Of a stretch of 64,000 nt of DNA, positions 46,683 to 58,833 are shown in pieces. The stretch's first letter is position 1. The number at the start of each line of letters is the position of its first letter. Location: the sequence record MN988561.1, one strand, 5' to 3'. The position numbers and the translations under genes are program-made. A model generated the notes under the pieces. The model ran no database searches. It was not told where the DNA came from and saw only the letters and a program-made list of their open reading frames with translations.

Positions 46683-49600
46683 CTTGAAGAACCAGCCCAG
46701 AGAATTGTCTTTAAGGAGAAATGCAATGAACAAGATTTCTGAAGTAGTCCGCGATGTTGAGTTCACCTTTTATTGCACTGGTGGATTCCGTACGAAGGAC
46801 ATGACAATCTTCGCTAAAATTGATCAGCACTTCTTCAATGAAATCTGTGCTCGTCAGTACGCTAACTTTCCTAAGCAGCTTCCTCTGAAAGGTAAGGAGA
46901 CTGCTGATGGTGTACTGATCGGATGGCTCGATTACAAGAAGAATCGGTACCATGCTGAAACGACTATCGGTCATGCAATGTACTACAATCGCCTTCGCGA
47001 TACAGTCTAAGGAGAATATGTAATGGCTGATAAGTCAAAGGATAAGGATCGTGAGAAGAGATCTCGTCGTTATGCTGATCTCGTCTCGAGATTCTACTCT
47101 CGTCAGGTAGAAGGAGACTTGGATAAGTCTCTGGTCAATGCTTACATCTCCAGTCAGTCTGCTCCGTCAATGGATCTCGTTGACGTGATGGATGCTATTG
47201 TCGCGTATGGTGATGCGAGAGTAGCTGAAGCTAAGCAGAAATGGAAAGGATCTAAGTGATGGCTAAGAAGTATTCTCGTAGCGAGCAGGTTTATGCTATC
47301 GCTAATCTCTTGATCGTACTCGGTCAAGAGAAATCAATTGTGGATCTGATGAATCAGGTTCTCGCCTATCCTGACTTGACGACGGATGATGATCTCGAGA
47401 TTTATCTCAGAGCGATGATCAAGCCTGTCGAGTCTGACTGGAAACTCAAAGGATCCAAGACGAAGATGGACGATGAAGTAATCGTCGAAGTCGATCCTTA
47501 TCTCGAAGGGATTAAGAATCGTGGACAGTAATAAAATGAATCTCGTAGCAGAGTCTCCTGAAGAGAAGATGGAGAATCTCGCTCATGAAATCTGGGCAGT
47601 AGCTCAGACATCTCCAGGTGAAGGTATCGAGGATGGAGTACAGCGTATCCTCGATCTTCTGAAGGAGACTGTCATCATGAAGATGGATGATAAGGATATG
47701 GATATCGAGAATGACCCTACCTGGGATGAGTTCGAGATTCCTCGTCCTCCTAAGGAGTGGAAGTGATGGCACATTCAGTTGATCGTCAGGAAGATGGTAC
47801 CATTGTCGTCACATGGGATAATGGACGTAAGACTGTACGTACTGCTAAGTTCAGCAGTGACTCTATCATGCGTACGGATCCTCTTGGTGGACTAGTGAAG
47901 GATCATACGGACGAGGAGATCTTCGCCTATGCTCAGTACTCCATCAAGGCGATCCGTAAGATGAAGAGATCAATGAAGGGATTATTGTAATGGTTTATCA
48001 TGCGGTTGAGGCTCATCGAATTGCATGTCACTATGCTAATGAGATGACGGACATCGAGTACCCTGATGTTGTTCATGTGACAGATACTCGTGACTCTCAT
48101 GAGTACTGGCTGAAGATGTACGACGAGAAGATTCTGGAGCAGATGAAGAAGTCTGTCATGGAGGAGAATAACAATGGCTGACTATCTCCGACTCTATCGT
48201 CCTGAAGGTAAGGGAGTATGTCTCGAGTTTGCTCGTGCGAACGACTATGAGACTGCTACCAAGTTCGCTGATCTCTTCAAGGAGATCATGCCTAAGAAGT
48301 TCAACTGGTTTCATCAAGGTGGATATACCTCCAGTGGTGAACCATCGGACTGGCATCTCTTTGAATTCTGGGGATATGATAGTAATCCTCTCAGGATCCG
48401 ATGCTACTGTGTAGTCCTGGCGGACATGTTGGGACTATCGCTGATGATCCATGACTCTGCAGGAGAGGCTGTGACGATATGATCAAGATATACATTCAAC
48501 GTATAGGCTCTCAGAGCGGTGACCACCTTATTCAGGAGATTCCTGAAGAAATAAAGATCAAGGATTGTCATGTAGATCTCGAGAGACTGTTCCAGAGTGT
48601 CTACAATCTTGGTCGACGTGATGAGCGTGATGAGATCAATAGCGATCTCATTCAATTAATGAACAGGAGACGTTAAGATGATTTATCGTGTATGGTACTG
48701 GTCGTCCAATGGATACTGGAAGCATTTTCAGGATCATGAGAAGGTCGAAGCTGCAAATGAGTGCATGGCGATCTTGATGAGATCTGATAGTCTCAAGCCT
48801 GGACTGATGCATATCGTTCCTAAGAATCATCCGTTCACTGATCGTGTCGTTGACATGACTGAAAACTTCTACATTCCTGAGGATGGTGAGGACTTCGTAC
48901 CTTCTGAAGGTCAGATCATCTACGGTCAGAAAGCGATTGATGCATTCAATCCGACGTTCAATGTCGTCAGTAAAAAGTCCTCATGGTCTCCAATGGTAAG
49001 GAAGTACGACTGGTGATTGAAGAAACTCACAAGAATCATCCTGGAGTGACTGCTAGTGAATGTCCTGCCAGGATCACTGTTAATGCTCAGCCATCTTCCA
49101 ACCATGGCAGTGGATACGCATGTAGTGTAACTGGTGGTCATTGCATACCATCATCTGACTGTGATGCTCGGAGAAAGATCTGGAGGGATCATAATGAAGT
49201 TCAAACGTGAATTCTATACTGTTGAGGATAGCACAGGTAAGCTGATCCTCATTCGAGATGAGATCGGATCGTACATCTTCATGTTGAAGGAAGTGATCGA
49301 ACGTCTCGAACTCCAGGATCAGATCGTAATGGACTCTGATCGTCGGCATCTTGTAGGAGTCTGTGTAGATTGGCATCTACCTACTCCGAAGATCGTACCT
49401 GTGTCCGTCGAAGTTGAGATCGTTGTCAAGGAGTCTGCATAATGTGGAAGTGGCTATGTGGATTCTTTGGTTCATTCGAGGATCCTATTGTTGCATCAGA
49501 GGATCCGTCTGTTCCGACATTCGTCACATGTTCGTACAACTACGTGCATCGTGACAATTCGAATAAGATCCATTTCTGGAGTCATCCGTACAGACATCCG

Positions 49601-51509
49601 TATCAAGTCTATGGTGGTCCTCATCATCCTGAACCTAGTACTGCTACTCAGTCTGAGAGAAGACAGATATGGACTAATGTCTACGATCTGCCAGGATATG
49701 AGCTCATCGAGGATGACTATACGGATCGTCTGTATCTCGTATGGAGACATGAAGGATATGTCAACGAGTACGAGCCATATGCTAGTGCATTCGGGTCACG
49801 TAGGAAGAAGGTAGCACTGGCATGAGCGGACCTCGAATGAAGTACGTGACTGTAGCAGGTTATGGTGAGGATGAGATATACATCTTCAACGAGACATTGT
49901 CTCATCAGAACTTCTGCTTCAGGATGAACATCGATCCTAAAGATGTTATGACTGCAGGATTCTTCACTGTCGATCCTAGCAATGGTCCGAAGTTCTTCGG
50001 TAAGTCGACTACTCTGAGGAAAGAGTCGAGTCCTGCTGATCTGATAATCTTCAAACGTCATTGTGGATGGGACGATTAAGATGAATGACTTATTCACATC
50101 TAACAAATTCAGTGAGCTTAAGTCGACTGGACTGAGTCTCACTAAGAAAGAGACCGTTGTCGTACATAAGTATGTATCGATCGGAGGAGTCTCTTTCGAT
50201 GTCGAGGAGTTGTTAGACTTCTTTGATGACATCGACTCGAATGTATGGACTGTCGAGAAGACTGGTAAGATTCTTATCGAGTACGGAATCCTCGAGAGTC
50301 TTGGTAGTCAGAGATGGATGACAGGTGCTGGTAAGGGACCTAACTTCGACGAATTTCAATCTATGTTAAGGAATATTGCAGATGAATGACTTGATCGAAT
50401 CACTTCAGATCTTCTCGAAGTATTTCAGAGCAGATAGCTATGCTCCGATTCATTGTGAACATGACATCCTAATGTTATGTGTAGCAGATGTGGAGGTCTT
50501 TAATCATATCGACCATACTGATGCTAATCGAGTCATCGAGTTAGGATGGCACTGGTCAAATGAATTCAACTGCTGGTGCTCATTTAGATTCGGGAGTTGC
50601 TGATATGTCCCAGAGAGTATCCGAGTTGATGAAGAAAGAACTACCTCATGTCGAGGACCATGGATCTGTGAAGATTACCTATTCACTCAGTCCGAATGGA
50701 TTGATCCTTGGTATCCATGCTGGTTATCTTACCTTCATGATGGATAAGAAAGCAGTAGGTGAGTTTGTCGATGAACTTACTGATCAGTACAGAAAGATGA
50801 AGGAAGAATAAGATGCGCATTGCAGATGTCCTCGTAGGTCAGCATTTCACATTCGATCTTGCCAGAGGTCGATTCACCTACGAGAAACTCAAGAAGGGAT
50901 ATGTTCGATCAGATGGATTGAAGATCCGTAAGGCTCAGTGGCTACCTGACTTCGAAGTAGAACTTGTACAGACTCCTCGTGGGATCGAAGAGCTTCACTC
51001 TCATTCTGATGAGAATGGATCTGTCCGAGTACTGAAGGTACCTATCGAGAATGTCCAGATGATTGTCCAGATGCACTTTGCAGGAATGAAGGATGGAGTC
51101 AAGTCCAACATCCTTGTGAAGTCGTCTGATGGCAAGGATCTAGAAGTGGATCATATGCTCGTATTTCTGGAGCAGAGAGTGTGACTGAATCAGATAAACC
51201 TATCAGACCTACTGGTAAATCGATCTCAACTGGTAAGTCTATGAGTCCTCTCGAGTATATGAAGATATACGAGGAGACTGTCAAAGTCGTTGTAGTTGAT
51301 CATCGGAGGAGATTCTATGAAAGATCAGAAACCTAGACTAGGTGAGATCATCGAAGATTGCTATCTCTATGGACATACAACATTGTTGACAGGATTCGTT
51401 GTAAGGATTCTCGAGATCGACGGTGATGATGTCTCGATTGAATTCGAGGATTATCGAGACAATACTATCAACTGGACTATCAAGTCGAATTTCATTAAGG
51501 AGATTACTG

Positions 51510-51806
51510 ATGAAACAACTTGATCTGACTCCTGAGCAGATTGAGTTCCGAGATCTACTCCTGGAGAATATCTATCAGAGTTATCCAGACGACTGGAAGA
51601 CATGGACGATCGATGAGAAGGTACGTAATCGTTGTGGGAATATCTCTCCTCCATTCTCTAAGTTCTTCGGTTTGACAATTGCATCAGGATTCTGTAATGA
51701 TCAACCTCACTTCTGGTGTAAGGATAGTGAAGGTAATATCATCGATCCTACACGTGAACAATTTGGTCCTGGACCATACGAATATGAGGAGAATGCACAT
51801 GACTGA
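51510..51806 (+). CDS. Transglutaminase/papain-fold protein, paralog of 40966
   Basis: NRCGNIS...PHFWCKD.EG.IIDPTREQF; AAGGAG SD then ATG 51510. Confidence 0.6.
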   Translation: MKQLDLTPEQIEFRDLLLENIYQSYPDDWKTWTIDEKVRNRCGNISPPFSKFFGLTIASGFCNDQPHFWCKDSEGNIIDPTREQFGPGPYEYEENAHD

Positions 51807-52516
51807 ACATAATCATCGTCGAGGTACGAAATCAACAACTCGACATACTAAAGAATCGGTCGAGAGCAGACTGTACACTCGAGCAGATATCGGTGGATTC
51901 AATAAGTTCTTGAATCGATTCATTACACCTAACTGTGGACTTGAAGTGATTGAGAGAGGTAAGGTAGGACTAGCTCACTCTAAAGCTGGTGCTAAGAAGT
52001 ACGTCAGATCTCGTACTCGATTCCATGAGAATGCTGCTACTCGTCAATTAGCTAAGGAAATCAGTGATGACTGAAGTCGTAATGAATACCACATACTACA
52101 CGATGATGGATGAGGACAAGAAGATGGTCCTCACTGACTATCAAGGTCGACGTATGTTCATGTTAATGAGTGAGCTCATCCAACGTAATATCGAGGACAT
52201 GATTGTCCTTGGTGATCAGGATAGCTTGTACGAAGAGTCCAAGCATTTCTCAGGCATTAAGATCATCATCGTACCTGTCGCTACAACAATGAGGATTCAA
52301 GTATGAGTGAACCTACCTACGCGATCCACGTCCTGGATACTCTGAAGTCATCTTATCATTGTTCATATAATGAGGCTATGGTAAGAGGTCAGACGATCAG
52401 TCGTAGTCGAGGTCATACGAAGATTGATGATCGTACCATAGCATTCTTCGACAAGGAAGGATCTCTGAAGGTACTCGTTCAACGAGAATAACAATTCAGC
52501 TTATTCCAGTGGGATA

Positions 52517-52550
52517 AGCCTTCCTAGTTGTGAAGGAATATGGAGACTAC
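52517..52550 (+). promoter_or_regulatory. Second conserved leader element, copy B
   Basis: AGCCTTCCTAGTTGTGAAGG...TATGGAGACTA, near-identical to 23344-23379. Confidence 0.6.
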
Positions 52551-52551
52551 A

Positions 52552-52797
52552 ATGGGTATGTTTAATGAAGTCATCATCAAATGTCCTAAGTGTGAAGGTA
52601 CATTCATCGAGCAGACTAAGTCAGGTTCATGTTTGCTGAAGACATTCAGACTGGAATGTGCTCCTGCAGAAGAGCTCAATGGACTACTGACAGATGATGG
52701 TAGTGTATGGTGCCAGAATTGTGGAGCTAAGCTAGGTCTTCAGATTCAGGTACGTGTCGTAGAGAAAGATAGCGAAGATGGATGGAGAAGTATCTGA
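52552..52797 (+). CDS. Zinc-ribbon protein
   Basis: CPKC...CQNC; GGAG SD then ATG 52552. Confidence 0.65.
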   Translation: MGMFNEVIIKCPKCEGTFIEQTKSGSCLLKTFRLECAPAEELNGLLTDDGSVWCQNCGAKLGLQIQVRVVEKDSEDGWRSI

Positions 52798-53179
52798 GGA
52801 TCTTGAAGAGGTAGCTCGGAATCTAGAAGAGATCACTCGAAAGATGCATGAGGAAGCTCGAGAGATTCTGAGGAATCGTCCTAAGAGATTCAAGATTCCT
52901 CGTGCTAAGATCATTGATCCTATCGAGAAGATTATCATGGATGGTCTCGATAAGGCTAACATTAAATACATCCATGACAGTAACAATCCTAAGCATCATC
53001 GTCTGGATTTCTATCTTCCAACCATAGGAATCTTTATTGAAGTTAAACAATTTCATTCAATGAGAATTGCTGAGCAGATGGCACGAGTTGATAATGTGAT
53101 TGTAATCCAAGGTCGTCATGCAGCAGAAATGTTCGTCAAGATGATTAACTCTTCAACTGACATTAAGGATTACGACTGA
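52778..53179 (+). CDS. PD-(D/E)xK nuclease-fold protein
   Basis: RLDFYLPTIGIFIEVKQF matches the D...ExK pattern of DUF559/Vsr-like nucleases. Confidence 0.65.
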   Translation: MDGEVSEDLEEVARNLEEITRKMHEEAREILRNRPKRFKIPRAKIIDPIEKIIMDGLDKANIKYIHDSNNPKHHRLDFYLPTIGIFIEVKQFHSMRIAEQMARVDNVIVIQGRHAAEMFVKMINSSTDIKDYD

Positions 53180-53617
53180 TGAGATGGGGACGACATAATC
53201 AGAGTGACTGGTATAAGGATAGTGGACTGTATGTCCTGGAGTTATGTGGATCTTACTACATGACTGTATGGAGTAAGGATTCACTACCTCAGGCTCTACG
53301 TACTCTGAGTAACTGGAATAGTGAAGTCATCTCCGTAGTAAGATCTGACGAGGATGGATGGGAGTTCACCTATACGATTGTATCGAAGGTATCTCATCGA
53401 GTAGCAGATCAGAATAAAGTACAGTTTCACTTGATGGAGACTCTCAAGAATGTAGGTCACTATGAGGGATAGGTTGATGCGATACGAAGAAGCATTGAGT
53501 ATGCGTAAGGATGGTCAGTACATCTATCGTGCAAGTGAGAAGTACGTCAAGTACTATTCTGGCGATGAGGTACCGGATATCTATAAGGGTGCATCTGATT
53601 GGAAGATAGGGAATTAA

Positions 53618-55021
53618 ATGGATAAGATTACTGGCGATACTTTGATCCAGATGGGATACTTTCCAGGATCATGGTTCAAGAAGACTATCGAAGCTGCTGA
53701 CAATATGTTGAAAGCTGGATGGACTATGGAGATGATCGAGCAGTACATTGGAGAATGTGCTCCTAAGGCTACTCCTGTAATCCCTGCTCAGATGGCTGGA
53801 GATGTACCGATCTTCTTCAATATCGATGCAGAGACGGATTACGAGATCGACAATCTTGCTCAGGTCATGAAGCATATGGACGAGATTGCACGCATCCCTA
53901 CCATCCGAGCACTATCAGTTATGCCTGATGCATGTCCGTCAGGTAAAGAATTAGGCACTATCCCAGTAGGAGGAGTAGCAGTTGCCCATAATGCAATACA
54001 TCCTGGAATGCACAGTAACGATGTCTGCTGCTCTGTCGCTATATCAGTTTTTCCATCCGAGACCGATCCCACATCCATTCTCGACGCTGGTATGGTCATC
54101 TCTCACTTTGGTCCAGGTGGTCGTACTTACTCTAATGACATGCAGGTTTCATCAGATCTTCTAGCACGATTCGAGAGTAATCGATACCTGAAGATGCTCA
54201 CTGGTATTGCTCAGAAGCATATGGCTACTCAGGGAGATGGTAATCACTTCTTCTACGTAGGACGACTGCAGAGTACTGGTCAGGTAGCACTAGTGACTCA
54301 TCATGGATCTCGTGGAGTAGGTGCAGCATTATATAAGCTAGGCATCGAAGCAGCACATAAGCAGACCCAGGAGAGGGCTCCGTGGATGAGTAAGCTCAAC
54401 TCATGGTTGGATGCTGACTCTGAAGAAGGAGAGGAATACTGGGAGGCACTGCAGATTGTACGCCTATGGACGAAGAAGAATCACTTCAATATCCATGATG
54501 CAGTCGCTAAAGCAGTGAATGCCAAGCTAAAGGATCGTTATTGGAACGAACATAACTTCGTATTCAAGCGTGGAGACATGTTCTACCATGCTAAGGGTAG
54601 CACTCCAAATTATACTGGATTCGCTCCTGAATATTCTGATAAATGTTTGATTCCATTAAGTATGGGTGATCCTATTCTTATCACTAAAGTCCATGATGAC
54701 GAGTGGTATGGAGAAGCTCCTCAATCTCCTAGCTTAGGATTTTGTCCACATGGAGCAGGTAGAAATATGTCTCGTACTCAATTCCAGAAGGAGTTGATCG
54801 AGAAGAATATTTCTCCAAAAGATCTGATCAAACAGATGACTGACAACTACGATATCAGAGCTTACTCAGGTAAATATGATATCTCAGAATTTCCCATGGC
54901 ATACAAGAATGCTAATCAGATTATTGAATCAATCAAGAAATATAATCTGACGACCATTGTTGATCAAGTTATTCCTTATGGATCAATTATGGCAGGGCAT
55001 TCATCTTACAGTAAGAGATAA
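53618..55021 (+). CDS. rtcB: RtcB RNA ligase (2',3'-cyclic/3'-phosphate to 5'-OH)
   Basis: MPDACP, PVGG, NDVCC (D/C ligands), GDGNHF, HHGSRG, EHNF, HAKG, HGAGR (guanylated His) all present. Confidence 0.95.
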   Translation: MDKITGDTLIQMGYFPGSWFKKTIEAADNMLKAGWTMEMIEQYIGECAPKATPVIPAQMAGDVPIFFNIDAETDYEIDNLAQVMKHMDEIARIPTIRALSVMPDACPSGKELGTIPVGGVAVAHNAIHPGMHSNDVCCSVAISVFPSETDPTSILDAGMVISHFGPGGRTYSNDMQVSSDLLARFESNRYLKMLTGIAQKHMATQGDGNHFFYVGRLQSTGQVALVTHHGSRGVGAALYKLGIEAAHKQTQERAPWMSKLNSWLDADSEEGEEYWEALQIVRLWTKKNHFNIHDAVAKAVNAKLKDRYWNEHNFVFKRGDMFYHAKGSTPNYTGFAPEYSDKCLIPLSMGDPILITKVHDDEWYGEAPQSPSLGFCPHGAGRNMSRTQFQKELIEKNISPKDLIKQMTDNYDIRAYSGKYDISEFPMAYKNANQIIESIKKYNLTTIVDQVIPYGSIMAGHSSYSKR

Positions 55022-55747
55022 ATGAACGAAGAATTATTAAAGAGTATGTTCGAGAGATCTGATAATCTTCTTTATACAGGTCGATATGTTAGATTTCTCG
55101 AGCAGTATAAACATGACGGTAGTAAAGGTGCATGGCATCATATTCTACCAAGATCATTATTTCCAGAATATCAAGACACAGATGGAAATGTGATTTATCT
55201 TTCACATCGAGCTCATTTCATAGCTCATAAAATGTTAGCGAAAATATTCGATTGTCCACAAATGCATCAAGCGTTATGGTGGATGATGAATATTAATTCA
55301 ACTATTAAAGTTACTGCGAGTCAATACGAATTGTATCGATCTCGATTTGTTAAGAATGTATCAGATCGTCAAAAGAAAAGACTATCTGAAGGAACTCACC
55401 ACTGGAGTGGAGATCAAAATCCTAACTTCACAAGAGTATCAAATGGGACACATCATTTTCTTGACGTCAGTCCTTGGCATCACTGGAAATCTCACGAAGG
55501 TAGTAAAATCGTATGGTGGCTAGCTGACGAGATTGTTGACTTTCATAAAGAGAATAAAATTGACGTCATGAAGTATCGTGATGGTCGACAGAAGACATGG
55601 AGATTCATCCAAGATAGATGCAGAGAATACTCTGTCGAGTTATCTGGATGGTCTTTAAAGAATATGTACAAGAAATTCAAGTCAGGTTGGAATCCTACTG
55701 AGGATCCTGACTGGATAAAGTTTAAATCAGAATGGAGCATAAAATGA
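55022..55747 (+). CDS. Free-standing HNH (homing-type) endonuclease
   Basis: WHHILPRSLFP...NVIYLSHRAHFIAHKML; AT-richer than neighbours; starts immediately after the rtcB stop. Confidence 0.85.
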   Translation: MNEELLKSMFERSDNLLYTGRYVRFLEQYKHDGSKGAWHHILPRSLFPEYQDTDGNVIYLSHRAHFIAHKMLAKIFDCPQMHQALWWMMNINSTIKVTASQYELYRSRFVKNVSDRQKKRLSEGTHHWSGDQNPNFTRVSNGTHHFLDVSPWHHWKSHEGSKIVWWLADEIVDFHKENKIDVMKYRDGRQKTWRFIQDRCREYSVELSGWSLKNMYKKFKSGWNPTEDPDWIKFKSEWSIK

Positions 55748-58096
55748 AATATTTCCAATGCGATCTCTCCCAAGGTACTGGACGTACTACTGCTTACATT
55801 GAAGAGCGTGGTGCTAAGGTAGGAGCATTCGTAGAAGTGAAGGACGAGAACTTTAATGGACTCTGGAGAGTCGATCAGGTCTCAGATCATGGAGTAGAAG
55901 GTGAACATCTTCGTGACCTCCAGAAGAACAATCGTAACATCTTTGGCTCTATTGCTCCGAGGACTTAATCAATGAACGATCGTGGCAAGGCACTCTGGAA
56001 AATTCTAGAGGATGCAAGAGATAATACCGAACAACGTCTCAGGGAACATGGATTCGCAGGTAACTTGATTGCTATCCGTGCTAAGAAATGTCTCGTCAAG
56101 GGATGTATGAACGAGTCTGATCAAGGTACATTCATAGGAGATCTCTGCTTACCTTGCCACGATATGATTACTACTGGTAAGATTCATCATACGAATCCTA
56201 CTTTTATCGGTGATCTTCAACGTCAGATAGGAAAGTATGACAAGATTGCTAAATTTCATCAACAATTCATGGAGGTAATGAAGGATGAGTGATCGATTTG
56301 TTGCACTCAGACATGTTCTGAACGCTATGATCAACAATGAGAATACGGACTGGTGTGTCAGTGAACGTAGTGCAAATACTGCTATGAAACTGATCGATGT
56401 TCTGGAATTTGCTAATGCTGAAGCACCTTTGATCTTACCTGAGGATGGTCTAGTCGTTCTCACATACACAGATCGTACTAAGAAATACTTCATCCGATGT
56501 GATGAGGATATAGATATTCAGGTACTGGAGAAGTCAAATGTCAGATCAAACTGAAGAAAAGCTGGTAGAACGATCCGAGTACTACACAGTAGAAGTACGT
56601 ACTTGGCATCTTCATGAAGTTGGATTACAACGTGAGGTCGATGCAGATGTATGGAATGATTGCATCTGGCATTTACTATTCGACTCACCTGGTAGTGTTT
56701 ATACTCAGAAGAGTGAAGCTATCGACGTACGTAATCGAATCGTTAATGAGGCTCACATTCCCTCAGAGGATATTAGAGTTACTCGAGTCATCCATGAAGT
56801 ATTGGATATTGAATGAAAATCTCATCCATGAAACCTCTGATGAGTACAGAGGATCTTAAAGATTACAATTACTCTATCGCAGCTATTACTACTGAAAGTG
56901 TAATGGTGATGGCAGACCTATTTCAATTTCCTCCATCTGAAGATGATATCATTGACTTCATCAAGAAGGTCGAAGAAGATCCTGATATGGTTCAGTACGG
57001 TGAACTCACTGTAGGTCTAGGTGACCAAGAGTTTACTGAATGGGTACGATCAGTTGTCAGTGATCGTTTCGATGAAGTCACGATGGAAGATCATAAACGA
57101 TTGAACTAACTTAGGTCACTAGAGCCTTCCTAGTTACTAGCGACCTCATTGGATATTGTGATGACAAATATTAAAGGATATCTACCAGGATTCCTGATTC
57201 TAGCCGTATGTTTAACGATTACTTTCGTAGCTAAACATTATTATAATCCTGCTCCTGTGCAGGTATTTGATTATACGAAGAAGGAGTCATCGAATGGATG
57301 CTCATAGTCATCTCGAAATGATCATACAAGAAATCATTTATGAGCATGGAGGATTCATCAAGTCAGTTAATCTCGTATCTCAAGTCTATGGTCGACTGTC
57401 AACGACTTTTAGTAAGGACATCATTACAGAAGAGATGTTCAAGGAACTTACTGAAATCAATCTTGTCGAGAAGTTGAATCAGATGGTCACTGACAAGAAA
57501 CTAGGTGAGATTGAGTACTCAGATATGAACTTAGCTTATCGTATCAAATCTGTTTACTATAATCCTGAGATTACTAAAGATGTTAGGATTGTCCAGTGAG
57601 CGATCAGAGTAAGAATCTGAAATGGCCTGAGGATCATGACCCTAACAAATTTCTATTCTCTGTGCATGGAGTATTTGCACTAGCACCTGATGGTTATATC
57701 CAGAGGAAATATAATGGTATCAAAACTCGTGACTCTGATAGCCTTGTGCATGATCATCTATGTGATAGTGATGGTAAGGTAGACATGATGAAGCTGAAGC
57801 AACTTCTGATCGAAGCACGTCAGCACGGTTATGCAACTGCTAAGAATGAAGTCACGTATGCTATTACACGTACGACATTCAAAGGAGTACCAGGACTTGA
57901 TACAGAGTGATAATCGTAGATTAGCTCAGTCTGGAGATCAGTCTCATCGAGTATGGGTCATTATTTATGAAGATGCAGATATGAGTACTGCAGTCTTTAC
58001 AGGACCTGATGCAGAGAAGGAGGCTCGTGAGCAGTATGAACGTAGTAAGATCGGATGGAATTGTTATCTGATGTGTACTGCATATGAGGAAGCATA

Positions 58097-58348
58097 ATGC
58101 CTGCATCATATTTAAATGATACTATCCATCGAAAGAGTTATCATCGAGTAGCTCAACTCCGTGCTACTCATGGATACACTCAGAAACAAGTAGCTGAAGC
58201 TATCAACATGAGTCGTGACCATCTTGCATCTATCGAGTCGGGTCGTTGTTGGATGAGTACTAAATCACTCGTCAATCTCTCAAGATTCTATGGTGTCTCG
58301 ACTGACTATCTACTAGGACTCTCTGATGTGAGGACTAGAGCAGCATGA
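58097..58348 (+). CDS. XRE-family HTH transcriptional regulator
   Basis: LRATHGYTQKQVAEAINMSRDHLASIESGR...LSRFYGVSTDYLLG. Confidence 0.92.
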   Translation: MPASYLNDTIHRKSYHRVAQLRATHGYTQKQVAEAINMSRDHLASIESGRCWMSTKSLVNLSRFYGVSTDYLLGLSDVRTRAA

Positions 58349-58746
58349 CATTAACAGGTACTGACGCATTAATAATTTCATCCATTATTGCTATTGTTCT
58401 AGCTATCTTGTATATCATGATCAAGATAGGATTTCTAGACTGTCTGGCTATGCTTGTAGTAGCCATCATCGAGAGTATATTTGATTAATGTCATCCATTC
58501 ATTTAGTTGTAGTTACAATTCAACCTACGTATGTCGAGTCACGTATAAGAATGTGGCAGAGACGACTAGGTGCAGACCGTGATCTCAAGCCTGGTGCTAC
58601 ATTCTCCTTGTACAAGATTGTCGAGTCTGAGAATGATTACATTAAAGTGATGGGCACATTAGATGTTTATGTTCAGAGACATCTTCATCTCAAACCTTAT
58701 CGAGAGAACATTCCACCATTCAGACTATCTTTAGTCCAGTGATATT

Positions 58747-58784
58747 AGGCCTACTAGGAGAGATCTTAGTAGGCCTTTTCTTTT
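58747..58784 (+). terminator. Intrinsic terminator
   Basis: AGGCCTACTAG / TTAGTAGGCCT stem then TTTCTTTT, directly before motif copy 15. Confidence 0.85.
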
Positions 58785-58792
58785 ACCCTCAG

Positions 58793-58833
58793 TAGGTTCA
58801 CTTAAGGTCCTGGAGGGATTCTTCTTTGAAGGG
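58793..58833 (+). promoter_or_regulatory. Bipartite motif copy 15
   Basis: TAGGTTCACTT-13nt-GATTCTTCTTTGAAGGG. Confidence 0.82.
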
